A model generated the notes under the pieces. That model was given only the letters and a program-made list of their open reading frames with translations, was not told where the DNA came from and ran no database searches. A stretch of 64,000 nt of DNA from Mobula hypostoma. Taxonomy: Eukaryota. The stretch covers positions 57,414,001-57,478,000 of the forward strand of contig NC_086108.1 in assembly GCF_963921235.1 (NCBI RefSeq), read 5' to 3'. A program made the translations under genes and the position numbers. Positions 13,601 to 25,600 of this stretch are shown in pieces; position 1 is the stretch's first letter; each line of letters begins with the position of its first letter.

Positions 13601-16600
13601 AGGCTGGATGCAGGGAAGATGAGGAGAAATTTATTCGCACAGTGGGTGGTGAATCTTTAAAATACTCAATGCTAGAGGGCTGTGGAAGCTCAGCTTATAT
13701 TAATTCAAAGATAGATTAATATAGATTTCTGGATTTTAAGATAATCAAAGGATGAGGCATAGTGCAGGAAAGTGTCACTAAGATAGAAGATCAGCAATGA
13801 AATTGATGAATGGTGGAGCCAGCTCGAGGAACTGAGTAGCTGATCCCTGCTCTTGTTTCTTGTGGTTGATCTTATGGTGCTTTTATGTTCTGAGCAGTGA
13901 GAGTGATACACAAGTTCCAAGCCCAATTTTTTATTTTAAATAAGCACATCCACAACTTGTATATTATTCCTATTTGCAGGCATACGTATAGCAAGTCTCA
14001 CATGCTCTTGGATAGAATTAAAGAAAAATAGTATTACTGGGGATATAATATTTTCCTTTCTACTCCTTCTTCTCCTCACCGAATTGAATGTTACAGAGTA
14101 CAGCTGATACTCTAGACCTCTTTGTGACAAATCATAAATTAGTACCAAATCTTTTTCCGTATTGACAATAATATTTTAGAGATTTTTTATAGATATCAAA
14201 TGCAGTGTGTTAGACTTGCTTTTGTTCCCTATTACACTTCTCTGTGCAAGGAAAGACTTATTACAGATTCTTAGTGTAACTTATTCCTTTCCCAGGATTA
14301 ATTAGAGCTGCTTACTTTCTTCCCCTATTTAATATTTCTAATCCTCAGGGGTTTATCGCACAAGCTAGGTACTTCAGTCATCTTTCACAGTTGACCTTAC
14401 CCATTCTTCGGTTTCTCAGTTTGCCTATACGCTGCCCTGTCATTCTTGACACTTCACCTTGGTAAATAAAGGCTTTTGTAATAGTTGAGGATTATCTGTT
14501 TCATAACATGAAAATCCCAGTGTAATAGATATTTGCAAATTAAGAGAGGATATGAGCACCAGAGTTGAGTGCCAAAATTCATGAACCTTATTTAATTAGT
14601 TTAAACTGCTTCCGGCTTCCAGTTGCAAGCAAGCATAGATTAGTAAATAGGATCACACAGGAAAAATGTGCTTCTCCTAATAGAAAATCAAAATACCGCA
14701 GATGCTGGAAATCTGAAATAAGTGCAAACTGAGGGGAAATTTTCAGCAGGTCATGTAGCATCAATAAGGAGAGAAACAAATATTTCTTGTTGATCTCTGA
14801 TGAGGATGTGGTTTCAAAAATGTGATGCTGCCTAATTCACGTAAGAGCTTGGCAATGGGAACCAGCTAGGGATTAGTACTGTACAGCGTGAAATATTTCA
14901 GATAAATTTTGCCCTAACACCTTTAACCAAAGTCAACGCATGCCGATCAAGAGTGAAAGCACCAGCTGATCTTTTCTTGGACAAGGGTAGGAACAGTTTA
15001 AGCACATGGATAGGAACAATTTGGAGGTATACAGATCAAATGCATGCAAGTGGGACTAGCTTAGATAGGAATGTTGGTCAGCGTGGACCAAATAGGTGGA
15101 GAGAGGCCTGTTTCCAAGGCCCAATTGCTTGTTTCTCTCAGAATATATCATATCATGCAGGATAGCTTGTATCAGTCAGGCAACAGGGAAAATTCTGCTT
15201 TAACAGTTAATTTTTGCCAATTATTTCTCTGACAAAATCTGCATACTAATAATACCAATTCGTTCACATCATCATTACAACAAACTGTAATACTTTTTGG
15301 CTCCTTAGGTGGATCTGTTGCACTTAACAATTATCACAATTATTTTGTTTGTTTTCTTAAATAGTCTCATAAAAGAGTCAGATCTCTCTGAATTGTAATC
15401 CCATAACTCTTCTTCAGTAACTAAGCACGTGCGAATTGCGATAATGAGCATTTGGAGGTCATTCAATCACGGAATATGTTACAGCAGAATGTGATTGCAT
15501 CTTCTCTTGGCAACACTATATACATAGTTTTCAGTTTGAATCGTTGAGCTGTTGTTGGAGATGTGTCTTTGCTTACTTTTGCACTTCTCTAGCTCTGAAG
15601 CAGTAATCAGAATGGCTACACTAACTAGCCCAATAATCTAACACAAAGTGATTCAACTTGGATTGTACTATTCTAGGTTGTGTAATCAGTATCTCAGTCA
15701 AAGCAAACCGAAAATATTTTAAAACAATAGAACATGAACTGCTATCTTGATCTTTCAGGTTAAATTTCTTGATCTGAGTTCAGCATAAAATAGTTGCATC
15801 ATCCTCTTATAAACATTGTACATTCAAAATGAAATAATTTGTCATAAATAAGTTGGAATATTGCAAGAACAACCTTGTGAATGGAATCTTCAAGTAGAAT
15901 ATATTTTGACGTTAAACAAAAATGTATTTTGATGTTTCCTTTTATCAAAAATATATGCACACTGGAGTGAAAGATGCCAAAATTGAACATGTTCTGTTTT
16001 GGCCATCCAGTAAAGTGAACTAGAAAGAAATATAGCAGCCAATAAAACAAGTACACTTTAATTCAGTTTGACAAAGCTGTCATATACTAACACACTGTTA
16101 TATATTTTTTTCTCATACTCATTATAGCTGGTATTAAAATTTTGTGAATGTGCGTGCCAATTTACACTTTGCATTTACAGCATAGAAATGAATCCTTAGT
16201 CATAAATATTAAATATTCAAATAATAGCAGATGTATATTGAATTGCTTCTAAGATTTGGTATTATTTATATTTGATATCCTTTTTTGGTGTAAATGTTCT
16301 GCCAAAATTTCTTATATAGCTGTAAAAGTTTTCATTTCTCTTACGTTTTTCAAAAATGAACATAAATGATTACATTTCATTGTTTCAGAAAATGTATGAA
16401 TTAATGGGAACAAATTTTTAATATGAAGCAATATATTTTTTAATTTGTGGGAGAGCTCATTATTGATGCCTATAATTTGCTTGCACAAGGATGCAAAATT
16501 TAGTAAAACAGAAAAAAAATTAGTGAAAAATGAAGTAATATACATTTATTAATTCTTTAAAAAACATCGCAATTTAAAAAATCCAAAACTGTAATGTATA

Positions 16601-19600
16601 GATTTACAAACTTAGTTACCCTACATTTTCTGCCCTCATGCACTGGCATGTGGAATGTAATGAAAAAGTAGTCAGATATGTTCATATTTGCACCTAGGTT
16701 TTCTGGTTTGGTGAATAATGTTGCATTTAAATTTGTTCTTTTTTTTAAAGTGATTTGATAAATGAGTCCTTTACCATTTAATGGGTATAATATTAATCCC
16801 TGTGCAATATATAGGAATTGATTCAATGCAAGAAATATTCAGTTAGCATCTTTAATTTAGGAAAAATTAAAAGATTTAGGAATCGTCAAGATCCCCAAAA
16901 TGTCAAAATGTGGATTGGGCTTGAAAATATATTTGTGAGTATCCAGAGCAACAGAGGCAAATTTCTTGCCATTGCTTGTAGATTCTTTGATGTTAGAAGG
17001 AAGTTGAAGATTTTCTGTGTTTGATGCATTTGGAATACCCAGCACTATAGATATCTGTTACTAGCTTCTCATTTAGGAATCTCAGTCTGAGAGAAGCATG
17101 GGAGCAGCAGTAACAACCAGAATATGGTTTGGTACTAAACCACATAGTTTTCTTTTATTTTTTCATTTTGTATGATGTGGACACTGCTGACAAGGTCCAA
17201 ATTTATTAGCAATTGAAAATGAGTGCAATCTTACTGAAATGTACAAAACCTAAGAAGGTAGATGTAATATTTTTTCTAATCTAGTGTCTCTATTGGATTC
17301 ACAGTCTCAGAATAGGGAGTTAGTCATTCAAGACGAACACACACAGATTGCTGGTGGAAGTCAGCAGGTCAGGCAGCATCTATGGAAATGAATAAACAGT
17401 CGACTTTCAGGCTGAGACCCTTCTTCAGGAGTGGAAAGGAAGGGGGAAGAAGCCAGAATAAGAAGGTGGGGTGAAGGGAAGGAGTGTAAGCTAGAAGGTG
17501 ATAGGTGAAGCCAGGTAGGTGGTGGGATTGGGGAATGATGTAAGAAGCTGGGAAGTGATAGGTGGAAAAGTTAAAGGGCTGGAGAAGAAGGAATCTGATA
17601 GGAGAGGAGAAGGGGAAGGAAGAGCAGGAAAAAGTAACAGAAGTTGGAGAAATCGATGTTCATGTCATCAGGTTCAAAGCCCCCAAATCGTATATGAGGT
17701 GTTGCTTCTCCAACTTGAAATTGGCGTTGTGGTAGCAGTAGAAGGGGCCATAGACTGATATGTCCAAATGGGAATGGGAATTGGAAGGTGCTCGCCAAAA
17801 CGGTCCCCAATCTACTTTGGGTCTGTTACGTACCCAGTAACTGGGTTGCCAAACCAGCAGAAATGGATCACTCAGTTGGAGTCTGGATTACTAGAACTAA
17901 GAAAGTTTTATTAAAGGAACAAGCAACACAGTACTCTAATCAAAAGGATAATAAATGCAACAGTTCAGCAATGATAAACACACATGTACACAGAATTAGG
18001 ATAACAGGATCAATCAAGCTCTATCGTCGTCTAGGGGTAAATGACCAGTTTCAAAGTGACGCAAAGTTCAGTTCAATTGAATTCAGTTCAGTTCGCAGTA
18101 ATCACTGCCGTGGGAGATGGACAGTGGGGGGAAGGAGAGAGAGAGCAAAACGAATGAATATTCAAACGGCTTCCACACAGACCTTCGATATTCTTCGCAG
18201 TCAGCTTTCGGGCGAGCCCTTTGTGATGTCTTCTGAGGTCACCGACCATGACCCCTCCGTTTCCAGATACAATCGTTTCTCTGCGGTGAACCCAGCACCC
18301 AGGTAAGGGTGGACACACACCAGGTTCCCGCCGATCGTACCTTTCCACCCTGTGTGTCTATGGCTTGGTCCCGCGACCAGCCCTCCAAAACTTCCCACTG
18401 ACTTATGGGAGGCGCACTGCTTCCAGTGTCTCGTTACCTCGTGGTGTCGTGTGCGTCTTGCCTTAGCGAGCCTGTCCCTCTTTATCCCCCTGCTGGGGTA
18501 TCGCCTGTCCATCACTTCACACAGTTCAGGGTTCAAAGGGGGAGCCGATCTTGACAGCTCTCCTTCCGTTAAACTCTCCCGTCCCTTCATTAACATCTCC
18601 AAATGCTGCTCCATTGTTTTCCTTATCTCTCTTTCTCCTGAAGACAGGTGGCAGACCAACTGCTGATCCCACTGGTGCCAGCACAGGACAGCTAACATCT
18701 TAATCTATGTGTATTCTCGTCACAGGTCTCACCAATGTAGGGGAGGCCGCACCATGAACACTGAACACTGAACACAGTAGACAACTCCAACAGATTTGGA
18801 GGTATAGTGTTGTCTCATTTAGCCCAGAATGGAGGTGAGGGAGGAAGTAAGTGTGCAGGTGTAGCTCTTCTACTGCTTGTAGCGATTACCAGGAGGTAGA
18901 TTAGTGGGGAGGGATGAATGGACAAGGGAATCACAGAGAGAGCAATCCCAGCAGAAACTGGAGAGTGGGTAGGGAAGGTAAGGATCTGGTAATTTTCCCC
19001 CTCCCCTTCCCTTTTCTTCCCAGGTGCCCCTCGTTCTTCCCTTTCTCTCATGGTCCACTCTCTTTTCCTATCAAATTCCTTCTTCTCCAGTCTTTTCCTT
19101 TTCCAATTATCGTCTCCCAGCTTCTTACTTCACCCCCCTCCCCCACCCACCAGGCTTCATCATTACCTTCTTGCTTCTACTTCTTCCTTTTCATCCACCT
19201 TCTTATTCTGGCTTTTTCTCCTTCCTTTCCAGTTCTGATAAAGGGTCTTGGCCCAAAATGTCAATTATTCATTTCCACAGATGTTGCCTAACCTGCTGAG
19301 TTCTTCCAGTACTTTGTATATGTTGCTCTGAACTTTTGGCATCTGCAGAATCTCTTGTGTTTATCATTAGAGACAACGTTGAGAAGATATTTCTTCACCC
19401 TGAGATAGTGAATCTTTGGAATCAAAAGAACTGTTGAGGCTTAATTGTTAAATATGTATCTCCTCAAGATTCCTTTTCTGGTTTTTGCAGTGAGGTGTTA
19501 ACTGTTATTACTTATGCTCAGTTATGTGCACATTGTGATACCTGACTGTGAATACAATGTGTTTTGTTTTCAGTCACCTTGTTGGAATTGTGGCTAACAA

Positions 19601-22600
19601 CGGAGAACTCACTCATAATGCCTCACTAAAAGGCAGCCATTTTGTACAACTTTGTGACCAGAGAGGCATTCCTATCATATTTCTTCAGAATACAAGACCA
19701 AATGTTTCAATCGCAGGGACAATACCCAAGGTACAAGAGTAATATTTGATGTATCTGGATTGCGGTTCTATTTCTTTCCTGAAAACGTGAGAGTAATCAT
19801 TTTGGTAGCTAGCAAACGTAACAGCATCAAGAGTTAATCTCTATATTTTTATTTATTAATGCTTTGGGAGATTATTCTTTAAAGTAAAGCACATTAGTGT
19901 TAAAATTAATCCAATATTTTAAAAATATTTAGTATATACCTGAAGTGCAAAGACCAATTCGAGCCTGGATTAATCCAATGATCTGCAACAATGATCTCTG
20001 GCAGAATGGAAATGAATTGATTTGGGAATAGGTATGATTTTCCATCTCAAGATGAGAAAAGATTTGGATTGCATTTTGGATTCCAGCTTGGAATAACTGA
20101 GAGTTGAAAGTGCCATGAAATTCAGTAGCCTTTTTTCATTTAAGAAGTAGTCAAATAACCTGAGAATCTTTACTGTCTTAGCTCACAGTTAAGCAGTGAT
20201 CATTAGGCAGATGTTGAAGATCTGTCATGGTGTACCAGATCTTGAGTCAATGCCCTCCAGAGAGGTTTAAGAGAAAGCTGAATGGTGAAAAGTTGAAGAA
20301 ATTATGTCTTTACTGTATGTATAGATGCTTGAAAATGTCATTTTTTTCAACCTGTCAGGTTTTTCCGGTACAAGTGATGTGCTAGTGCCTATTTCAGCTT
20401 TAGAATGGCCTAATGTAGCCTGGGTTATGGTGGAGAGTAGAGTGACAACCACTAACCAAGTCTATCCTCAGCAACAAAAAGATGTGGAAAGTGGTAGTTA
20501 AGCAGCAGTGGACATGAATGGTCAGGTTGTTGAAGGAGACAAAACCACAATAAAAGGACGGAGTTTTTACAAAACATAATTATGCTGAGACACTTAAACA
20601 TTCCAGCTACATGAGAAGCACAAAAGTATGCACCTACCCAGTCCTTGGTTCTCTTCACTGGGTATTCACCTAGTGAGAAATCTGCAGTAGAATGAAAATT
20701 ACAAGACTCCAAGATTCAGATGGGATTTTACTGGGGAGGTTTCAATAATAAAGGGTAACTGACTGTCTTTCTCTCTACATGTAGTTAGGACTGAAGTTGT
20801 TTCCTTATGAATACTCTTCCTCACTTCTTTGATCTTGGGTGTTGTATACATTACAGGTTGGTTAACCCTTCCTTCATTACAAACGCAGACTTAGGGAAAG
20901 AATTGAGTATATGGTTCGATTGCCATTATTAGACCGAAGTCTGGACCTATGAATACAGATACAGCGCACAAATCGAAGGATTTATCATCTTAATAGATTC
21001 AAATGTGTGTGTGTGGTGGAGTCATTAGGGTGCCGTCATGACAAGCTTTTGCACCGATCTTTTTGGTATGCTCATCGTACGTCGTGTCTTGGACATCTGA
21101 AACCTGGCGGAGCCCATCCCTCTCCAGGTTTTTTTTTACGAGGTCGAGTTGTTAGCTTGACACTCAACCCAGGCACGGATGGAGAGCGTGCAAGGGAGCC
21201 GGCCGGATTCGAACTAGGGACTTCTCGCCCTGAAGTCCAGCGCTGATGCCACTGGAAGATTCAAATACCTTATGATTAAGAGCTTCCGGTCAAGATGGCG
21301 CCAGCAAACAACGATTCCTCAGGCGACATCTTCCAGATAGTCAATTATTTCAGTTTTTCTACATCTTCTACTTATTCTTTTTATCTTAATTTTGTTTTTG
21401 AAACTCTTGGAGCCTGTGACTTACACTCTGTAGTTCGATCAAGTGAGCTAGCATTCTGCTGTCCATGAGAAAACTCCAGGAGAGAAATGCAAGCACAAGC
21501 TACCATGAGGGGAGGCTCAGAGACGAGATGAGGGGCTGTGATCAACTACATTTCTCACCGATTAAAGCGTCAAGGAAGATTGAAACATTAAGGCAAGTGT
21601 GGAGGAGAGCGAGCAGTTCTTGGAGAGGCCGCTGGGTTCGAGTCACAGCCGTCAGAGCGGCCACTGGTTTCAGTTGTTTCCCTCGGAGGGGCTGCTGGTT
21701 CGAGTCGATGCTCTTGGAGATGTTATTGAAATTCTGGGATTTATGGATTGGACTGTAGTTCAAACTAACTGTAGTTCACATTGGCATCTTTCAATTCTAT
21801 TTCTTTTTTGTGTTCTTGCCCATTCTTTCTTGTTGTCGATTGACAGGCGAGGAGTTTGGAGTTTGATTTTCTTGTTGTTTCTCCATGTGCGTGATCTGTT
21901 AGTTTTTGTGCGAAGGAGTGGTTGGAGTTTGGGGTTTTCGAGCTGTTGTTTCTTTTTTTCCTTTTTGTGCGAGGTGATTGGTGTCTTTCTTTCAACTACT
22001 TCTATGGCCATGAGTATTATCTGACTATCTGGAGAAGACAAATCTCAGAGTTGTATTCTACATACATATTTTGATAATAAAATGAACCTTTGAATCTTTG
22101 AAAATTAGTTAAATTTACACTCTTTGTCTGGTCTGTGAAGTTAACAGGATTATTAATATTTCATAGACTCTGGTTGAGGGCTCTATGTACAGCAGCTTAG
22201 ACACAGTATTTGGATGAGGACACTGAAATTGTAGTCAGTGTGAAGACAGCTTAGCTCTGGGGTTATCAGTAGTAGGTGGTCAAGAGTTAACACAGGAAAT
22301 GTGTATATTAAATCCTTGTTTTACAGTAACTGGAAATCAAAGACCTACTAATACTGAAAATACTGATTTTCCAAGTCTGCTTTCCCTTGAAATGAACAAT
22401 AATCTAAGTATTTTAAAAGTAATGATGCATGTATTCTTTTGCACAATGTGAAAAAATATGTTCTTTATGTCTTGTTGGAGGTCTAAAGTAAAGGATATTA
22501 AACATTGCAATGATTATATCATGCTTTATGTGCACATTAATTTTGTACAATGTGACAAATTCCTTAATGGTTGTCTTTATAGGCAGAAGATGTTACAAAC

Positions 22601-25600
22601 CAACTTAAGGCCCAAGGCTCCATGATAGCATCTGTGGCATGTGCCTCTGTTCCCAAGATAACCATTGTAATTGGAGGATGCTATGGTGGTGAAAGTTTTG
22701 CCATGGTATATTCTAGAAGTTTTACTGTATGATATTTGTATAAGTGAATTACTTTTCTATATGGAAAGATGTTTTGTTGAGGTATATGAATATATTGGCA
22801 ATTCATTTTGTTAAATATGTAATTTATATTCCTATATTTCCCTTTGAGTTGGGGTTAAATCTTCAGTAAGATTTCAGGTGAAATTTTGAACTATACAATG
22901 CAGAAAGAATCTGGGTTCAGTGCTCAATCAGTTAGCTGCTCATTATTGTGCTATGGATATTTAAATTGTTCTCAGACAACTAAGCAAGAAAGTAAACAGA
23001 GCACAAATTATTTTTCTCATTCTGCTGAACGGAGCACATACATTGGGGGTGAAATCAAGTTATTTTTCTAGCTTGGTGGTTACCATGGTCAGCATGAATG
23101 AGTTGGGCTTTTTACATGCTATATGGATTCTATTCGGTTGCTCTGCATTGCCTTCATGGCTTCAAACCCTATACGTCTCACTAGGGGTTTTCCTTCTCTG
23201 TAATGGGATTTGGTCTCACATGGTGGTTTTGCCATTATGTTAGCCCATTGTTACAGATCTTTTTCTGCCTGTAAGAATTGAGGGATAACTAATAGAAAGT
23301 TGGATTGTCCACCATCTGATACAATGTACACTCTGACTCATGAATAATATTTCAATGAAATTTTTAATTTTATGTTTCAGTGTGGTAGATCGTTTGATCC
23401 AAACTTCCTTTTTCTGTGGCCTAATGCCAGGATTGGACTGGTTAACTCCAGTTACTGCTCTAAGTTCCTGGAAAATGATGGAGAGATCCCAGATGAAGGA
23501 CAGTGGAAGATCATGAAAGAAAAGTTAGTACTAAGTCTGTTTGAGTGGAGAAAAAAATAATCTGTCATTTATATTAACAACAAAAGCAAATGATCTACTT
23601 AATATATAATCAAGTGTGCAGGTTTGTTTCTGGGCCATCAAACTTAATTTAGTTTTAGTTTCACGTAAATGTTAAAGTTATATTTGGTTTGCTTTGCGCC
23701 CTGAGACTCTTTTCCCAGAACAAAGTGCTTCACAAGGTAATTTCAAATTGCACTTTAAAAGTAAACCACATTGCTGTGGATATAACAAACAGGCCAGAAT
23801 GGTTAAGGATAGCAGATATTCTCCCTGAAGGATATTAATGAATTAAATTAGGGTTTATTGTTGTCATTATTATTAAGACAGATACTTTTTATTATATTCC
23901 AGATTTATAATTATACTTATTAACAGCTTCCTTGATGTGAATTGAATCAAATTCTTCAGCACAGGTTAATGGCACAATAATTTATCCACTATGCATCACT
24001 GTATATGAAACATCCATCGATTGAAATACAGACTTCGTATTTTTCATTTTCATAGAATTAAGATATATTAGTTTTCAATTGACTGTACCAGAATAGATAT
24101 TCATCACCATGTTCAACCAAGCTTAGAAACTTCTGATTGGATAGGTCTCTTTTCTGTAGGCTGGAGGTCGAGAGCTCCGCTTTTCACTCTTCCTCTCGGA
24201 TTTGGGATGATGGCGTCATACTTCCTGCAGACACTCGGACGGTAAGCTCGCACTTTCACCAAAGCCTCTATTTCTTTAAAGTTTCTTTTCTGCATTTTTC
24301 TTCTTCCATTGCCGAGATATTCCTGCAGCATCTGGATTCACTCTGTATCATAGCCCAGGGGTTACTTACAATATGTGTTTTTATTTTATGTTCCAAGCTG
24401 GCAAATGAGCTGCATCTCTTAGGTTTATTAACTTTTCCAGAGATCAGGACTTTTTCGAGATCATCTGAATGTTGTCCCTGAGAGTTTTTATTTTTACTTC
24501 AGATGTAATGTCATCTATATCACAGAAGAAGTATTTTGGTGAACTAGAGTAAATCTGTGCGTCTGGAAATAAGTAAGCATGAAACCTAGCAGTATAAGTT
24601 TTGATGATTTTCCCTTCTGCTGTCTTCTAAAAGCAAGGCCATGCTTAGGAAATTATTCCAAGGGCATCAGTTGTAGTTCTCCTGCAATCAAATAGTTCAT
24701 TCTTCATATGTCAGTGTATGTCGCTCCACAGAGTAACAAACTCTTCAGTTGTGCAAGACAAATACTGATCCTGCCTACTTAACCGCAGATGTAATCCTCC
24801 CTATGGGACTCACCTCAGAATGAATAAACAGGATGAATTATTCTCCCCTCTATTACTCAAAGGTACTGAGACTTCTTGAAATATCATTATTACTATAGCA
24901 GCTTACATAAACTATCCAAGCACAAACAGAATTGTAATTCTACTAGCCTGGATTAATTATTACTGCCCTGAACATTCTGATTTGTGTGAACATCTTAGTT
25001 CATTTAAGTTCCATTGAGGTAAAGCAATTTGAGACATTTGGAAAGGAGAAAGATGAACATGGTGATGCCCTCTAACAAACCAAGTTTATAGATTATTGCT
25101 TTATTGATCCATCTGCTGAATTTCTATGTAATCATATTCTCTCCATGTTGGAATCCTCCCATCCATTATTAGGCTGTAGATGAAAGGCACTCCGAAGATT
25201 TCATTTCAAAATAGAAATTACTTGCAATATTATTTCCCCTGAATGTTCCAACTAATTCAATTCAATTCTTCCACAAACATTGCTTGCCTGATATGATTCC
25301 AGCCATTTATGTTTTGTATAGTTTGCATTGTGGTTTGAGTTTCTCCTGTTTTCTGTGTTTGTAATAACATTTTCCTCCTCCTCCTCCTCCTCCTGCAGTA
25401 AAACTCCATTCAGTTTCAAAATCTTAACCATTCAGCTCACCTGTGATAGATTTAATATGGATTCACTTTCAGAATTGGTTGTAAATCAGAATCAGGTTTA
25501 ATATCATCAGCATATGTTGTGAAATTTGTTGTCTTTGCAGCAGCAGTACAATACAATACATAAAAAAAGAAAAAAACATGAAATACAGTGTGATATATAG

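Noticed and set aside
17788..18698. Overlapping 172-aa and 165-aa ORFs as genes
   Set aside because: They lie in or across the solo LTR, show no recognisable domain and are expected in GC-richer sequence.
19231..19266. Functional hammerhead on the + strand
   Set aside because: The core is mutated (CTGATAA, and AAAA in place of GAAA).
20359..20430. Extra MCCC2-like exon after a good pyrimidine-AG acceptor
   Set aside because: The flanking exons already join in frame and colinearly with the family, the donor is weak and the peptide has no family similarity.
21190..21256. tRNA gene
   Set aside because: It has Pol III boxes but no complete acceptor stem, and it is the head of a TSD-flanked SINE.
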